In this document: positions 39,576 through 51,138 of the stretch, piece by piece
How positions within the stretch are numbered: position 1 is the stretch's first letter
Layout: every line of letters begins with the position of its first letter
Source of the DNA: Selaginella moellendorffii
Lineage: Eukaryota > Plantae > Lycopodiophyta
Assembly: GCF_000143415.4 (NCBI RefSeq)
Contig: NW_003314329.1
Span: 515,421 to 579,420 of the forward strand
DNA: 64,000 bases
Reading direction: 5' to 3'
Translations under genes and position numbers: made by a program
Notes under the pieces: generated by a model
Databases searched by the model: none
Told to the model about the DNA's origin: nothing
What the model saw: only the letters and a program-made list of their open reading frames with translations

Positions 39576-40288
39576 GAGAACGCTCTTCACCCTAAAATAT
39601 GGAGTTCGTTGTGTTATAAAAGGAAACCAACACACACGCTGCAAGGGAATGATGGTACATAAAGCACGTAAGCCCACAATATGGGTTTATGTGCCATTAA
39701 TATGGGCCACACGCCATATTATTAGATTTATGCACGTGTGATTGGTAAATGCATATGTCACATCATCTTTGTTTTACCTCACACACTATATCAGGCCTAA
39801 TGAACCATATCACATGTGCGCACATGCTATATATATGGAGAAGTATTATGCAAGGATAGAAAAATTCAATGCATGATTGTGGAGAGCAATGGCATGAAGC
39901 CACATGCTAAATAACATTTTAGAGAAAGAATTAAAATAGAAACATGCAAACAGTACTGAGTGGACCAAGACTTAGAAGTGCACAATTGAATGAGGTATTT
40001 CTAATAAATATTTCACTCACCTCATATAGGAATGGCTACCACTCTCAAATGGCGTATCGCCTCATGCCATCACCTCGCAATTTGTTATAACAATCCGATG
40101 AATTCATATTCGGCTTGTTCACCTTGAACTTTAAGTAAGATTTGCTAGAACAACTAAGAATTTATACTTGTTATTTGTATCATCTCACCTAGGAATGGCG
40201 TAAGGCCACATGCCATCACGCCTCCTCTGATTCAGATTCGGATTGTTCACCTTGAAATAAAATACATTAGAAACTTAGTAAAGGAATA

Positions 40289-42768
40289 TTAATGAATCTC
40301 ACCTTGAACCCGGGTTATGAATGCTCTTGCTGCATCTCTTGTATGGTCTAGCAAGGTGATGGTGGCACTCTGCTTCCGCATCCAACCATGCACAACATTA
40401 TCCACCGATATGCTCATGCTGGGATCCCTTGGATTCAGCACCCATCTCTTTTCTAGGCAATCCTTCGTATATCCGGAACTTGGCTTGAACCACTCCACAG
40501 TTACATTGAAGGAGTTAGTTTCTATGTCCTCCTCTGCATCAGTGATGCAGCGCCCCACCCATATCATTTGTTTTTTATTACTGGGTCTGACAAGCACGAC
40601 CATTCCTTTGCAGACCTGTACTGGATTGAATGCTGAATCCGGCTTCTTGTTCCTCGGCCCACAATAGTGATCCTCAACATCGTTATCTGTCACTGCATTT
40701 CCAGAGGACATTGTTCTGCTACTATCTGGTGCTCTGGGTTCTGGCCAAAAGGACTCTTCCAATTCTTCATATACAACCGGCCCATTTTGGATAGCAGATA
40801 TAATCTTCTCCCAGTATTCGAGCAAATGCTTGCACCTCTTAAAATAGGATTCTCCACCAAACACCAACCCCCTCTTCCAGAAGGCAATATGCTGTCTAAT
40901 CCTAGCCACTATACTTTCCTGGTCTTTGAGTCCATCCGGGTGCATCGGCCGTGGGGAACCTGAGAAATCATAGGTTCCCCAGTTATGGGATCTCTCTTGA
41001 AGAGTTCAATGCCGTCCACTGGCAACCACACTGTGTCCCATTCTCTCATCTTGTACCTCATCACTGGAGCACCGTCACGCATGCTGAAATGAAACTGAAG
41101 AGGCTTGGAGTGGCCAATCAGCGTTTCGGATCCGTCCCTGATGTAGCCTCTTACAAACCCCTTAAAGTCTGGAACCTTTGTCACAAGTGCAGCTTCAACA
41201 GTGCCTTTGATGCAATTTTGGAATTCATTGTAGAGTTGTGGGAGGGTGAGGACATTGGATCGCCGGAGGGACTCTGCCAGGTGATTGAACATGGCATCGA
41301 CGTCTTCATGAGTGTGCCCAACCATGAGAAAGCCAAGTGTAACCATTTCAAATATGCCTTTGGCAACAAGCATCACCAAGTACGCGAAGACGTACATGTT
41401 TTTGTTCTCACTGCCAGCATTGTCTGTTTGGAGCAGAAGATGGGGTGGAAGGCCACATCGGCCGCAAGAACTTCCTTGAGATTCTGCTTCGTTTGGATGA
41501 AGCTGTGCATTCACCGGGCGACCAGACTTGTCGGAATGGCATGAGGCCTCACGTGATAACCCTACAATCTAATGGCCAACATATTCACTGGGATGGCATG
41601 GGGCCCCACGTGATACTGCAAGCCTTTGCTCCTCCTCCAGCTGAACCCTGTATGGGGTTCGATCAACAAGGGCCTTATGCAAGGGTTGGCCGTTCAGCTC
41701 AGTCTGTGCACTTTGCAGAGACCTTAAGTGTTTTGCTAGGGATGCAATCATCATGTTTGCACCCCTGCCACCCCATAGAGGTACAAAGAAGTTCCCATAG
41801 TTCTGGGCACCATACTCATGAGCGATTATGCCAAACAGAGACACAGGCAGCTGCATGGATGAAGAGATTGCCTTGGGGGCAAGATTGAGTCGAGGTAAGC
41901 ACGTCTTTTTTTGGTCCATTTTGTCGTGGATGATGCAGAGGTAAGAGTCAGGTCTCTCTATGGAGAGAATCCTATTATGATAATATGCAGTCCTGCAGCT
42001 TCTCTGCTCGATGTTGTGGTCGAGCCGCCTTCTAACCGTCTCTCGCTCTTGAGCGATGCAAGAATTCTTCGACAAAGCCATTTTGATAGCAGTGCACTCG
42101 TCACACTTTGAAAAGCTGGAGTACTTTCCTATACTCACATCCCTGAACCTGTTGCTCCACAATCTACTAAATCTATATTGGCTCAGCTTTCTGTAGCCAT
42201 TACTCTGGAGTTCCCGATTCACATCTTCCAATATGGCCCCCTTGGTATACATGGAAGGGAGAACTCGTTGGGTGTCTCGAGTTCCATCTTCCAAGAGGTG
42301 GGTTTTATGTGGTTGCTGCTCGCTACATGTCTCGACAAACCTCTTGAAGATTGCCTCTCCATATACAACATGACCCCTGGTTTTGTGAGTACCGTAGTTC
42401 CCATGGACTGCCTGTTGAACCCTTTGTTCCTCGAACTCAGTTTTGATTCTGTAGAATGTGGTTCGAGGGACTCCATAAATGATTCTCCATGCCTTCATGC
42501 AGACCAAACCCCTCTGGAAGACCATGCCCCCCACCTGATGTTCTGAAGCATCAACAGATGACCGTAATGCCTCATACACAAAATTGCGAGCTGCCTTCCA
42601 GGACAATGTCTTGTATCTTGCTCTCTCCTCTTCAATAGCATCCCAATCAGCATGTTGGCAGCACCTCCTCTTGCAATAAGCAACTTTCGAGACCATTCGA
42701 ACCTCCATCGCCATTTTCTGCCTTTTCGGTTCGTTGCTCAGATCCCTTTGGCTACACTTTAGGAAGGT
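40289..42768 (-). pseudogene. DUF7869/Sola-like DDE transposase, core and C-terminus
   Basis: Motifs SKCDEC, IIHDKMD, LLLQTDNAGSENKN and FLMVGHTHEDVDAMF. In-frame TAG at 41569, frameshift near 40950. C-terminal beta-rich SH3/Tudor/BAH-like segment (GMVVLVRP...IWVGRC...VTVEWF). Confidence 0.8.
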
Positions 42769-43210
42769 AAGCTCTATTTCGTTAAAGTGGGAATTGTCAT
42801 TATCCCACTTGTAAAATAAGGTTTCCAAACCTTTATATAGTATATAAATATAACAAAATTCAACTGCATTGAGGCACATGCCATTTTATTTTAAACAAGG
42901 AAATGTCTACTCAATTACTTCTCCTCCCTCTGCCACTGCTTCACCTCTCTCTTCTCCTTGTCATCGTCATCCAATTTCTTTCCATCCTTTTAATATTGGC
43001 TCAGTTGCTCCGAGTTTAGGTGGAGCCCAAGTCCCCATTCAATTTTTACTTTCCCCTTATTAATAAAACAACTTCGTAGACTTCCAATAACATGCTGTAA
43101 CACTTCTAGTATAATGCAAATCCTCTCAAAGAATTGTCTTTTAATATTAATACAATGGCATGGAACCCCATGCCATAATAAGTTACATTTTTAAATAAAT
43201 ACATGCCATC

Positions 43211-46200
43211 TCAGACTGTTATTTTTTGCCTCCAACGCCTATACAATAATCTTGGAATTTCATCACTCTCCACACTATCAGGATTTAAACCCAATAGTAA
43301 TGCCATCTCTTCTCTAATACGTCCACACTCATGTTCAGTGGTCGAAGAACCCATCCGGTTGAGTAAATTATGGAGATGCGGATAGTGCTTGGCTAGACAA
43401 TATACATGCCATAAATGATGACTAGTGTCTGTCCAATCAAATGGCTTCTGATATACCGTTCCATCTGCCATTTGGTTGATTTCTGCAGCCACCTCCTAGA
43501 CTGGCCGGTTCTCTATCACCATCACTCCAAGCCGTTTTGCAAGGTCCCCCAGAACATACGGTTTCTTCTCCCTAGTTTCCATACTGCAAGAGATGGGGTG
43601 CACTGCATATGTGTGTGTGTTCGCTGCAGTTTTAATCGGCGAGTCATCGATGATGAGGATTTCACTTGACCTAGCAGTCCGGTTCATCACTACAGCCTCT
43701 GGCTTGACGAAGATGGGTTTGCTACCCCTCACATGGACCATAGTCAAGCAATCCTCCTGCATTAGGAGAAAGTCAAATGGTAATATTACTCGCGTCTGAT
43801 CGTGCATCATCTGTAGCAACATTAATGCATTGTGGCGCATCATGGGTGTCCAAACTCCCAATCGCAAATTGAACCCGGCCCTCTGTTTTAAGTGTCGCAT
43901 GGTCATTATTAGATCCTGCAGTTTCTCCCGTATGATTAATGTGAATCTGTCTCTTTTGACCAACTTGCGACCGCAGGCTTTGGAGGGTGTAGTGACATTC
44001 GAGGACGAGCCACGCTCATGGGAGAAAAAGACACCGTTCAGATCAAAAACGATACAGTACCTTCGCCGTGACTCTGAAATGAAATGCGTCAGCATAAAAA
44101 TGGTACAAGTCAATTTTACCATCTACAATATTAGCGAATGGTGCTCCCGATGGTCGTTGAGAGGGTTTTGGTCGAGGAAACGTGAAGGGCGGAAATACTC
44201 TCCTCTGCAATGTGGGGTCAATCGCATCCGATGGCGTGTGGGCATATGCCATTTCAACTGTAGACTCTGGTACAACTGGCTCAATAGTGGCATGGGGTGG
44301 TTCCGATGGCGTGTGATTACACGCCATTTCAGCTGGTGCCTCCGTTGGCAAAGTGGACATGACTGAACAGGCAGCAGGGGCGGTGTAGGGAGGTTCCAAC
44401 GGCGCGTAGTCAGACGATTGGGCACACGTTGAGTCCGTTGGAAATGAGGATACGACCGGCTCGGCGGCTGGGGCGGCCTCATGCGGGTCCAATGGCGCCT
44501 GGTCACCATCAGTTGGATACGTGGACAAGATTGACTCAGTGGTATGGGCAGCATCAAGTGGAGCGTGGTCAGCTTGCTTGGCGTTGATATGGATAGTAGC
44601 CTCCACCAGCTCTGATGACTCTTGCAGGCAAGTAGAGTCCACTGGCGGATCCATATGCATGTCCAAATATCTCCCTTCGATTGAGATGGTATCCTCCCTA
44701 CTAGCTACTAAAAACAAACTCATTAGCACATTGAATCGACTATACTGTATTTACCATCAACTGCTATTGAGGAACTAGGACCAATATCACTTGGGCGCAC
44801 TGCTGATTCTGAAGGATTGGACATACGTTTCGACCCTTGCTTGGCACTATCCTTCCTCGACACTAAAGGCTAGAGTTTGTATCTTAATTCAACTGAATAA
44901 TCTCTACTTACCATTTGCTCTGTGACCTACATGGACAATGTTAGAAATGGTAAAAGGTTAGGAATGGATGTACTATTATTTACCTGATGGTTTGTCTTGT
45001 ATGACCTTCCTCCGCTGCTCTTTGGCCACCTCAGGCTGGCCATCGTCGTCATCATCGTCGTCGTCATTATTGTGATCGTCACCATTGTGAGGACCATCCA
45101 AGTCCTCTTCGTCCTCCTCTTCTTCGTCCTCCTCTTCTTTGTCCTCCTCTTCGTCCTTCTGCTCTTCCTGCTCATTATCTTTCTCTGGCTCCTCATCCCC
45201 CTCCTGCATTTCTTCCATAGGCTGCTCAAGCTGGATGGCTTGTTCTTCCAGGACCATCTTGGGAAAATCATCTGGCCGAGTCTCCATCTCAAAATACAAG
45301 ACATCCATAGCCTGTTTTAGTGCGTGACCTAGGACCGTATCCTCACCCGACTGTCTTAACATGGTTTCTGCACGTTCTTGCACCCTTCGAAGACGACGAG
45401 ATGAGAAAAACGTGGCCCTGACTTGAAAAGCATCCCTCATCCATTGTACCTCTCCATTGAGATTGGGGAAGGGGAGTCCGCCATAGGAATCTGAGTCAGG
45501 AGGTGGTGACTGGCTGCTTTCACTCAGCCCTTGATCTGCAATGAATGGCATGAGCACACATGCCATAACCGCGAGGCATTACCTATCATCTTTTCATTGC
45601 CCTTCTTCCTTTTCGAATCAAACGCCTCTGATCCCGACGATTGTCCAACGTGCTTTCGCTTTTTATGACCACTGTCAGTTTGAGCTTGGCTGGTGCTTGC
45701 CTGTTTTGCCTTTGAAGAAGTGTCTTCTGCAAGGAATGGCATGAGACCACACGCCATTGCAAATATAATTTGTACCTCCTTTTTTCCTATTGCTTGTCTA
45801 TTTGTCCTTCTTCGACGCGCCACCAGTGCGCTTTTCAGTCCTCGTGTCTGAATATTCACAACGATCTATAATCAAAATGGCGTGAGGCCTCACGTGACCT
45901 TACCTTGTGCAGGTTGTGAGCTCGGCCCAACATGGGTATCTTCAACAGTAGCTGTTAACGCCGTTTCAGCATTTGGGGGTGGCCACCCTCCTACATACAG
46001 AGCTTGTGAGATAACATTTAAACTTAAAGTGCGTACTCACCAGGTTTGCAGAGAAGATACTATTTTTCTTTCGCAACTGTAATTATATGCTCCATTGAAG
46101 TCACCTCTTCAATGGAGTTTGTCACCGCAACATACGGGACACCCTTGAGTAGTGCGGCTCGAAAGAATAGTCCGCCGCAGTTGTACTCGACAACGCATTT

Positions 46201-48618
46201 GCCCTTGGAGTCGGAAGTAGGTGACCCACCCGCTATTGCGTTGAAGACCCAGTTGAGCATTTCCCATGCTGCACCTGGAGCTTTCTTTGGATTCGAAAGC
46301 TCCATAGCCATCTTCAGTTCCTCAGGCACGGGTAAATTGACCTCCCTCAGATCAATTCGATCGGCCTTCTCGAATGAAGCTGGGAAGTCACTCCAGTCCC
46401 ATTCTGCTGCAGAACCAATAACAAGGGCGAGTGTGAAGATGCGGACATTCGTCGGTATCTTCTTCTTAGCCATTATCCCATGGATCTCCCGCATCTCCTT
46501 GCCTTTCAACCGAGCCTTCACCTCGTTCAAGGCCTTCCAGAACTTGTGATAGGATTCGGAGTCGTAGATCATATAGTGGACTGAAGATTCCACCTCCGCA
46601 AGTCCCACCATTAAGTCAATGATGGAGCTGACTTTGTCTACATGAGTGATCTCCTCGTTTGTGAAGTCCATCACACAAAAGATGTTCTTGACCTGCTCAT
46701 CTCCGCGGGAAACGATGCTCCTCCACCTTTGATCCTCATCCAAATTCACGTATACCCGGTAAGGTTCTCGATAGGCCTCTGCTGCGGGGTCGAGCTGTTT
46801 CTGAAGCCGGTGGTCGACATCCCTCTTAATGAAATTTGGATACTGATCCAACTTCTCAGCTTTACTTTTCGTGGCATCCCGCAGCAGATCGATGAACTTG
46901 GGGGCCCCCTTCACGTACTCGTCGATGTTTTCATTTGACAACTCCAGCGCTTCCATCATCTCTTGCGTGGTGTCGATGCTCACCCTCTCCACGGCCACTT
47001 GCTCGAAGATCCAATCCTTCCATAGCGCACGAGCTCTCAGAGTCGTGCACAAGTCCTCGTATGTCACAATATGGCCGGGAGTCATTTTGGTCTTGTTGAA
47101 GACTACCTCACCACGTAGAAGAGCATTAGCCACTGTCAGAAGGTCGTCGTTGTCTAGAGACCGCGAGAAACGCAAGGTGTTGAGCTTCAAATCATTGGGC
47201 TTCCGACCGTCCTCCACACCCATTGAGTTTAGCAACTCCCCGTCATGGTACCTCCTCAGCACATCTACCCATTTGTCAAAAACAACTTTTGTCGCGAGTA
47301 GAATGTTATGGATGCTGAGTGTGTCATTGACCCCCAGTGTTTTCGAGAGAAGACTCGAGAATTCCTGCAATGGAAATGGCGTGAGGCCACATGCTATGCC
47401 ACATGCAACGAGGCTTACCTGCCAGGCGCTAGTTGCTAGTGCACGTCCTTGTTCTGGTTTTTGTGGCTTCTTCAGTTGAACCCAGAGCTTCCGTGTTCGT
47501 GCCAATGTATCGTGCAGACCCGATTTGTAGCACGTTTCTTGCTTGACATTCTGCGCGTGGGAGATGTATATGATAGATTGGAGGGGCGAGTTGCCTTTTA
47601 TCAGGCGGACAACTCTTGTCTTGAAGACTTTCTTCACCTCCTCGCCCACCATAATATCCACAACTATCTCTTGCATCGCCAAGCTAGAATGCTGCCCGGA
47701 GACGGCATAGAACCGGATGTTCTGATCGTCCAACACCTTCCTATTGATCAAGTCTGGAAACCTCGTCTCGCCCTTCATTGTTCGATAGTAGGACATCACG
47801 TCTGCGATGTCGGGTGTTACTGGACTTGCCAGCATCTTCTGCTTCAGTTTCTCCACCCACTCATCAGATACTAGCCTGTGGTTGTATTTGCTTTGGATGT
47901 CGATACGGCTCACGTCGATTGTATATACTTTGTTGGAATAGTAACAAGTACTATTATCTACGATGATTTTTGCTGCCTCTTCTTGCTCTTTCTGCTCTTT
48001 GCGGCTCTTCTTTTTGGTGGGTGTAGTGTTCGAACCCAAGGCAATGGCATCACCGAGTAGCTTCTTTTTTGGAGCAGGAGAGTCAGACGTCGGCTTGAGC
48101 TTGACCACCCTTTTTTGCTTCGGGGTAGTTTCCAGATCGACCCCCTTCCCCTTCGCTTTGCGAACTGGAGGCACTCTCAATGGCTCAATGTTGGAATATA
48201 GTTTTTGAACATCGCCGTAGGTGAGGTCCGTGGATTCCATGTGATCTTCATAGACCCGCAGCGTCTTTGAAATTGTGGGCCTCCTGGACAACCTCTCCCT
48301 AGCTCCCTCTAGGAATTCCTCATAGCCGCTGCCCCGCTTCGAGAAGCCGCTAGGATGTGCAAGGTGGATCTTGAAGGCAGACGCTGTCTCTACCACAAGT
48401 GCTAGTCCATATTCTTGCATGGAACTGCATGGAGTGTCTATCACTTGGATGAGGATCCCCATGCATTCTTTTCTCCCACCATCTGTGTTGTACAGCCTCA
48501 GATTCTTGCCTTCCATCCCGAAAGTCCAACTGGTGAGCTCCTCCCCCTTCTCTGCATCCACATTGACAGTGGCTGGAAGAAGAACGCAATTCCTCGCCTG
48601 TTCAGAAATGCACAACAA
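43211..48618 (-). pseudogene. Multi-exon cargo gene (~1650 aa or more): ParB/Srx-like domain, degenerate N6/N4-methyltransferase-like region, acidic/low-complexity linker, FCP1/NIF HAD phosphatase-like domain
   Basis: GT-AG introns at 47365-47418, 45991-46040, 45866-45903, 45727-45775, 45536-45582, 44927-44983, 44863-44911, 44708-44754 and 44074-44119 join ORFs 46060..48618, 44976..45566, 44043..44729, 43496..44122 and 43211..43492 in one frame. Three TAG stops remain (46060, 45798, 43496; the last is CAG in copy 1). The true start is probably further upstream. Confidence 0.7.
43496..44073 (-). CDS. FCP1-homology/NIF (HAD) phosphatase-like domain exon
   Basis: IVFDLNGVF, LIIREKLQDLI, LGVWT, QEDC...KPIFVK and ILIIDDSPIK...N...AVHP match the DLNG-type FCP1-homology motif order. 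Confidence 0.75.
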
Positions 48619-50922
48619 TTAAAGCTGACAGATGAAAAGCTAGCAGCTGGAAATAACGTGAGGCCACACGCCATTCACCACTGCATCAGATGTCTTGAGG
48701 CTGCATCCTAAGATGGCGTGAGGCTACACGCCATCTGTAACCGGACTGCACTCGAAAGCCCAATCGGTGCATGCCAATGTTGCTACTGAAAGGCCGGACT
48801 CGCTGGCGAATGTGCACTGTGTGTGCAGCGGATCGTAGCAGCAAGGCTACTCTGCCACTTACAGTTGGAGAGTGGCGCTGAAATCTCCCGGGACGCCAAG
48901 TGGGCTGCGTGTGGGTGGCGGAGTGGGCGGCAGAGTTGGCGGCGAAGTTACAAACTGCGTGTGTCTTGAAGTGGACGCTGATGCACATGAGCGCGATGCG
49001 AGCGCGAGTGTGATGCAATCGCGAGTGGACGCCGATGCACATGAGAAACCTGTAAAGAAGGTAGATGAGCGCGAATGTGAGCGTGATCGCGAGTGAGAGC
49101 ACGATGCGAGCGCGAGTATGAAGCAAAATGCAAAACCTAACCTCACACGCGCGAAATGTCACGACGGTTGGTAATCCCGCAACGTGATCATTCCTCGGAC
49201 TTGGGCGCCACCATTAATTTCTGGATCGCCGCGCGCATGCATGCACGTGAAATCCAAAAGAAATCCGCAACGTCATCATTCCTCGGACTGCATGCACGTA
49301 AAATCCAAAAGAAAGATCATGATTGGGATATCATTTAATACCCTCGCTATATTTATACCATGCATGATTGGATATTCCAAAGCATCTTGTATTTAAAAAA
49401 ATGCCAGATGTTCAGCTAAATAAAGAATGGTATACAATGTCCTTCTTGATGACCCTACAAATAAGCATCTCGATCGGACACCAAATGAGACCACACGAGC
49501 CTTACAATGTTTCAGGGGCATTTGCCATAGATCCGACCGTTATTTTGCTCCAAGATTTTACAGTTTGGTGTGCATTGACCTTTCCATCGACACTGCAAAG
49601 GGACATCACAATCAGATGCGGGTCACAAGAAACCAACTTCACTAACTCTGGTTTCACCAAGATCTACGTAAGGAGTTATGAAATGAAAGGACCCTCTCTA
49701 TTGAAATGTGTTTATGGTCCTGACATATCAAAGGATTTTGCATCAAGTTCTGGATTTACATGTTTATCAAGCTACTGAATTGCTAAACCCTAAACCCTAA
49801 ACATGTGGCAAATGCTGCATGAAGAAAGATGCCCTTTCTGGGCAAATGCTGTAAGAGGCAGATGCCGAGCAGATGTATCTTAGGCTAGTGAAGGGGACAA
49901 ACAAAAGCTAGCTATAAACATGACGGGATGCAAATAGATTACTAGGCTGGTCCTGCGAAAATCAAAAACCATAATTGAAAACATTGAAAATGCAAAAAGA
50001 AAGGTTTATAATATTTTTGAATTTTAAGCAACCAAAGGAATGTAAGTAGGGCATGTGTTTGTAAGTTTAAAAATGCCTCAACCACTTAAATTCCCAAGTA
50101 AATAAAGCTGTTTTTATTTTTGGTACAGGTAAACTTTATAGCGTGTGGGCTCATGCAATTTTGAACCCAAAAATGATCCAAAAAATGCTCGACTAGCATT
50201 ATTCTTTGAATGGCGTGTGGCCTTATATTGCCATAAATGGACGTACACACACAGCATAATTATTCCTTTACACGGTGAATAATCTTGGCGCAGATCGCTG
50301 ACATGGCATGGCAAAGTTCGAATCACTGACATGGCACAGCTGGATCGAGGCAAGGACATGATGTGACAAAGTTCAACCTCCGACAGCAAAGTCTAGAAGC
50401 TACTTAGTTTGAAATTTGTCAGAAGAATCATAAGATCTAGTTTGTCAAAGGATTTGATGTGACGTTCAAGCGTGTGTTATTTTTGAATTCTCGAACTCAT
50501 TCCTAGGTCTATCATTTTTGTGCGCCGTGTTCTTGGTTCCGCTGAGCGTAGTGAGCGCTGCTTGTGTAAGCGGCATTGTGAGCTATGGTTTATGCGTTTA
50601 CGAGCGGTTGCGGCATTGCAAGCGCCATTGCGAGTGGCAGTTTATGCGAGTGGCAGTCTGTGCGAGCGGCGCTACGAGCAGTTGTGGTGTTGCGAGCGGC
50701 GCTACGAGTAGTTGCGGTGTTGCGAGTGGCACTGTCTTTGGTGTGGCTACCGCTTCGTCTTGATATTCGGCACTTGTGCTTCCTGGTATGTTCACCATGG
50801 AATGGCTTAGGACCACATTTAGAAATGGCATGAGGCCACATGCCATCTTGGGCCCTTGCAATTTCATGGCTAGCGTATTGTCATGTATGTTTTTACTTGC
50901 CTGCAGCTGTGTGTATATCAAG

Positions 50923-51138
50923 ATGGCATGAGGCCTCATGCCATCTTTGGCCCCTACTAGCCTATTGCCATATTCCTTTTGCCTTGCTGCAACTGTATAT
51001 ATTTTTGTATGGGTGACTAGTCATGCACACAAAAATATATACAGTTGCAGCAAGGCAAAAGGAATATACAACAGGCTAGCAAGGGCCAAAGATAGCGTGA
51101 GGCCTCATGCCATTAGTGGTACCACTAATGGCATGAGG
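50923..51138. repeat. ~190-bp foldback plus a 36-bp perfect palindrome upstream of the transposase ATG
   Basis: Arms 50923-51013 and 51024-51113 around tgactagtca; cctcatgccattagtggt|accactaatggcatgagg at 51103-51138. Confidence 0.8.

Larger units (their letters stand above)
38658..42768 (-). mobile_element. DNA transposon copy 2 (transposase-3' end), inserted in the LTR of C and itself interrupted by copy 3
   Basis: TIR atgctctatttcgttaaagtggga at 38658-38681 abruptly follows LTR sequence ggctccact. Contains the transposase core and C-terminus and many 22-bp palindromes. Confidence 0.85.

Noticed and set aside
42769-42879. N-terminus MCLNAVEFCYIY... of ORF 41569..42879
   Set aside because: Chance read-through across the TIR of the nested copy; the real N-terminus is MAFRVGEK (1631, 51302).
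46060-48618. Bacterial or phage ParB-methyltransferase contamination
   Set aside because: The gene has spliceosomal-type introns and lies within TIRs among plant LTR elements.
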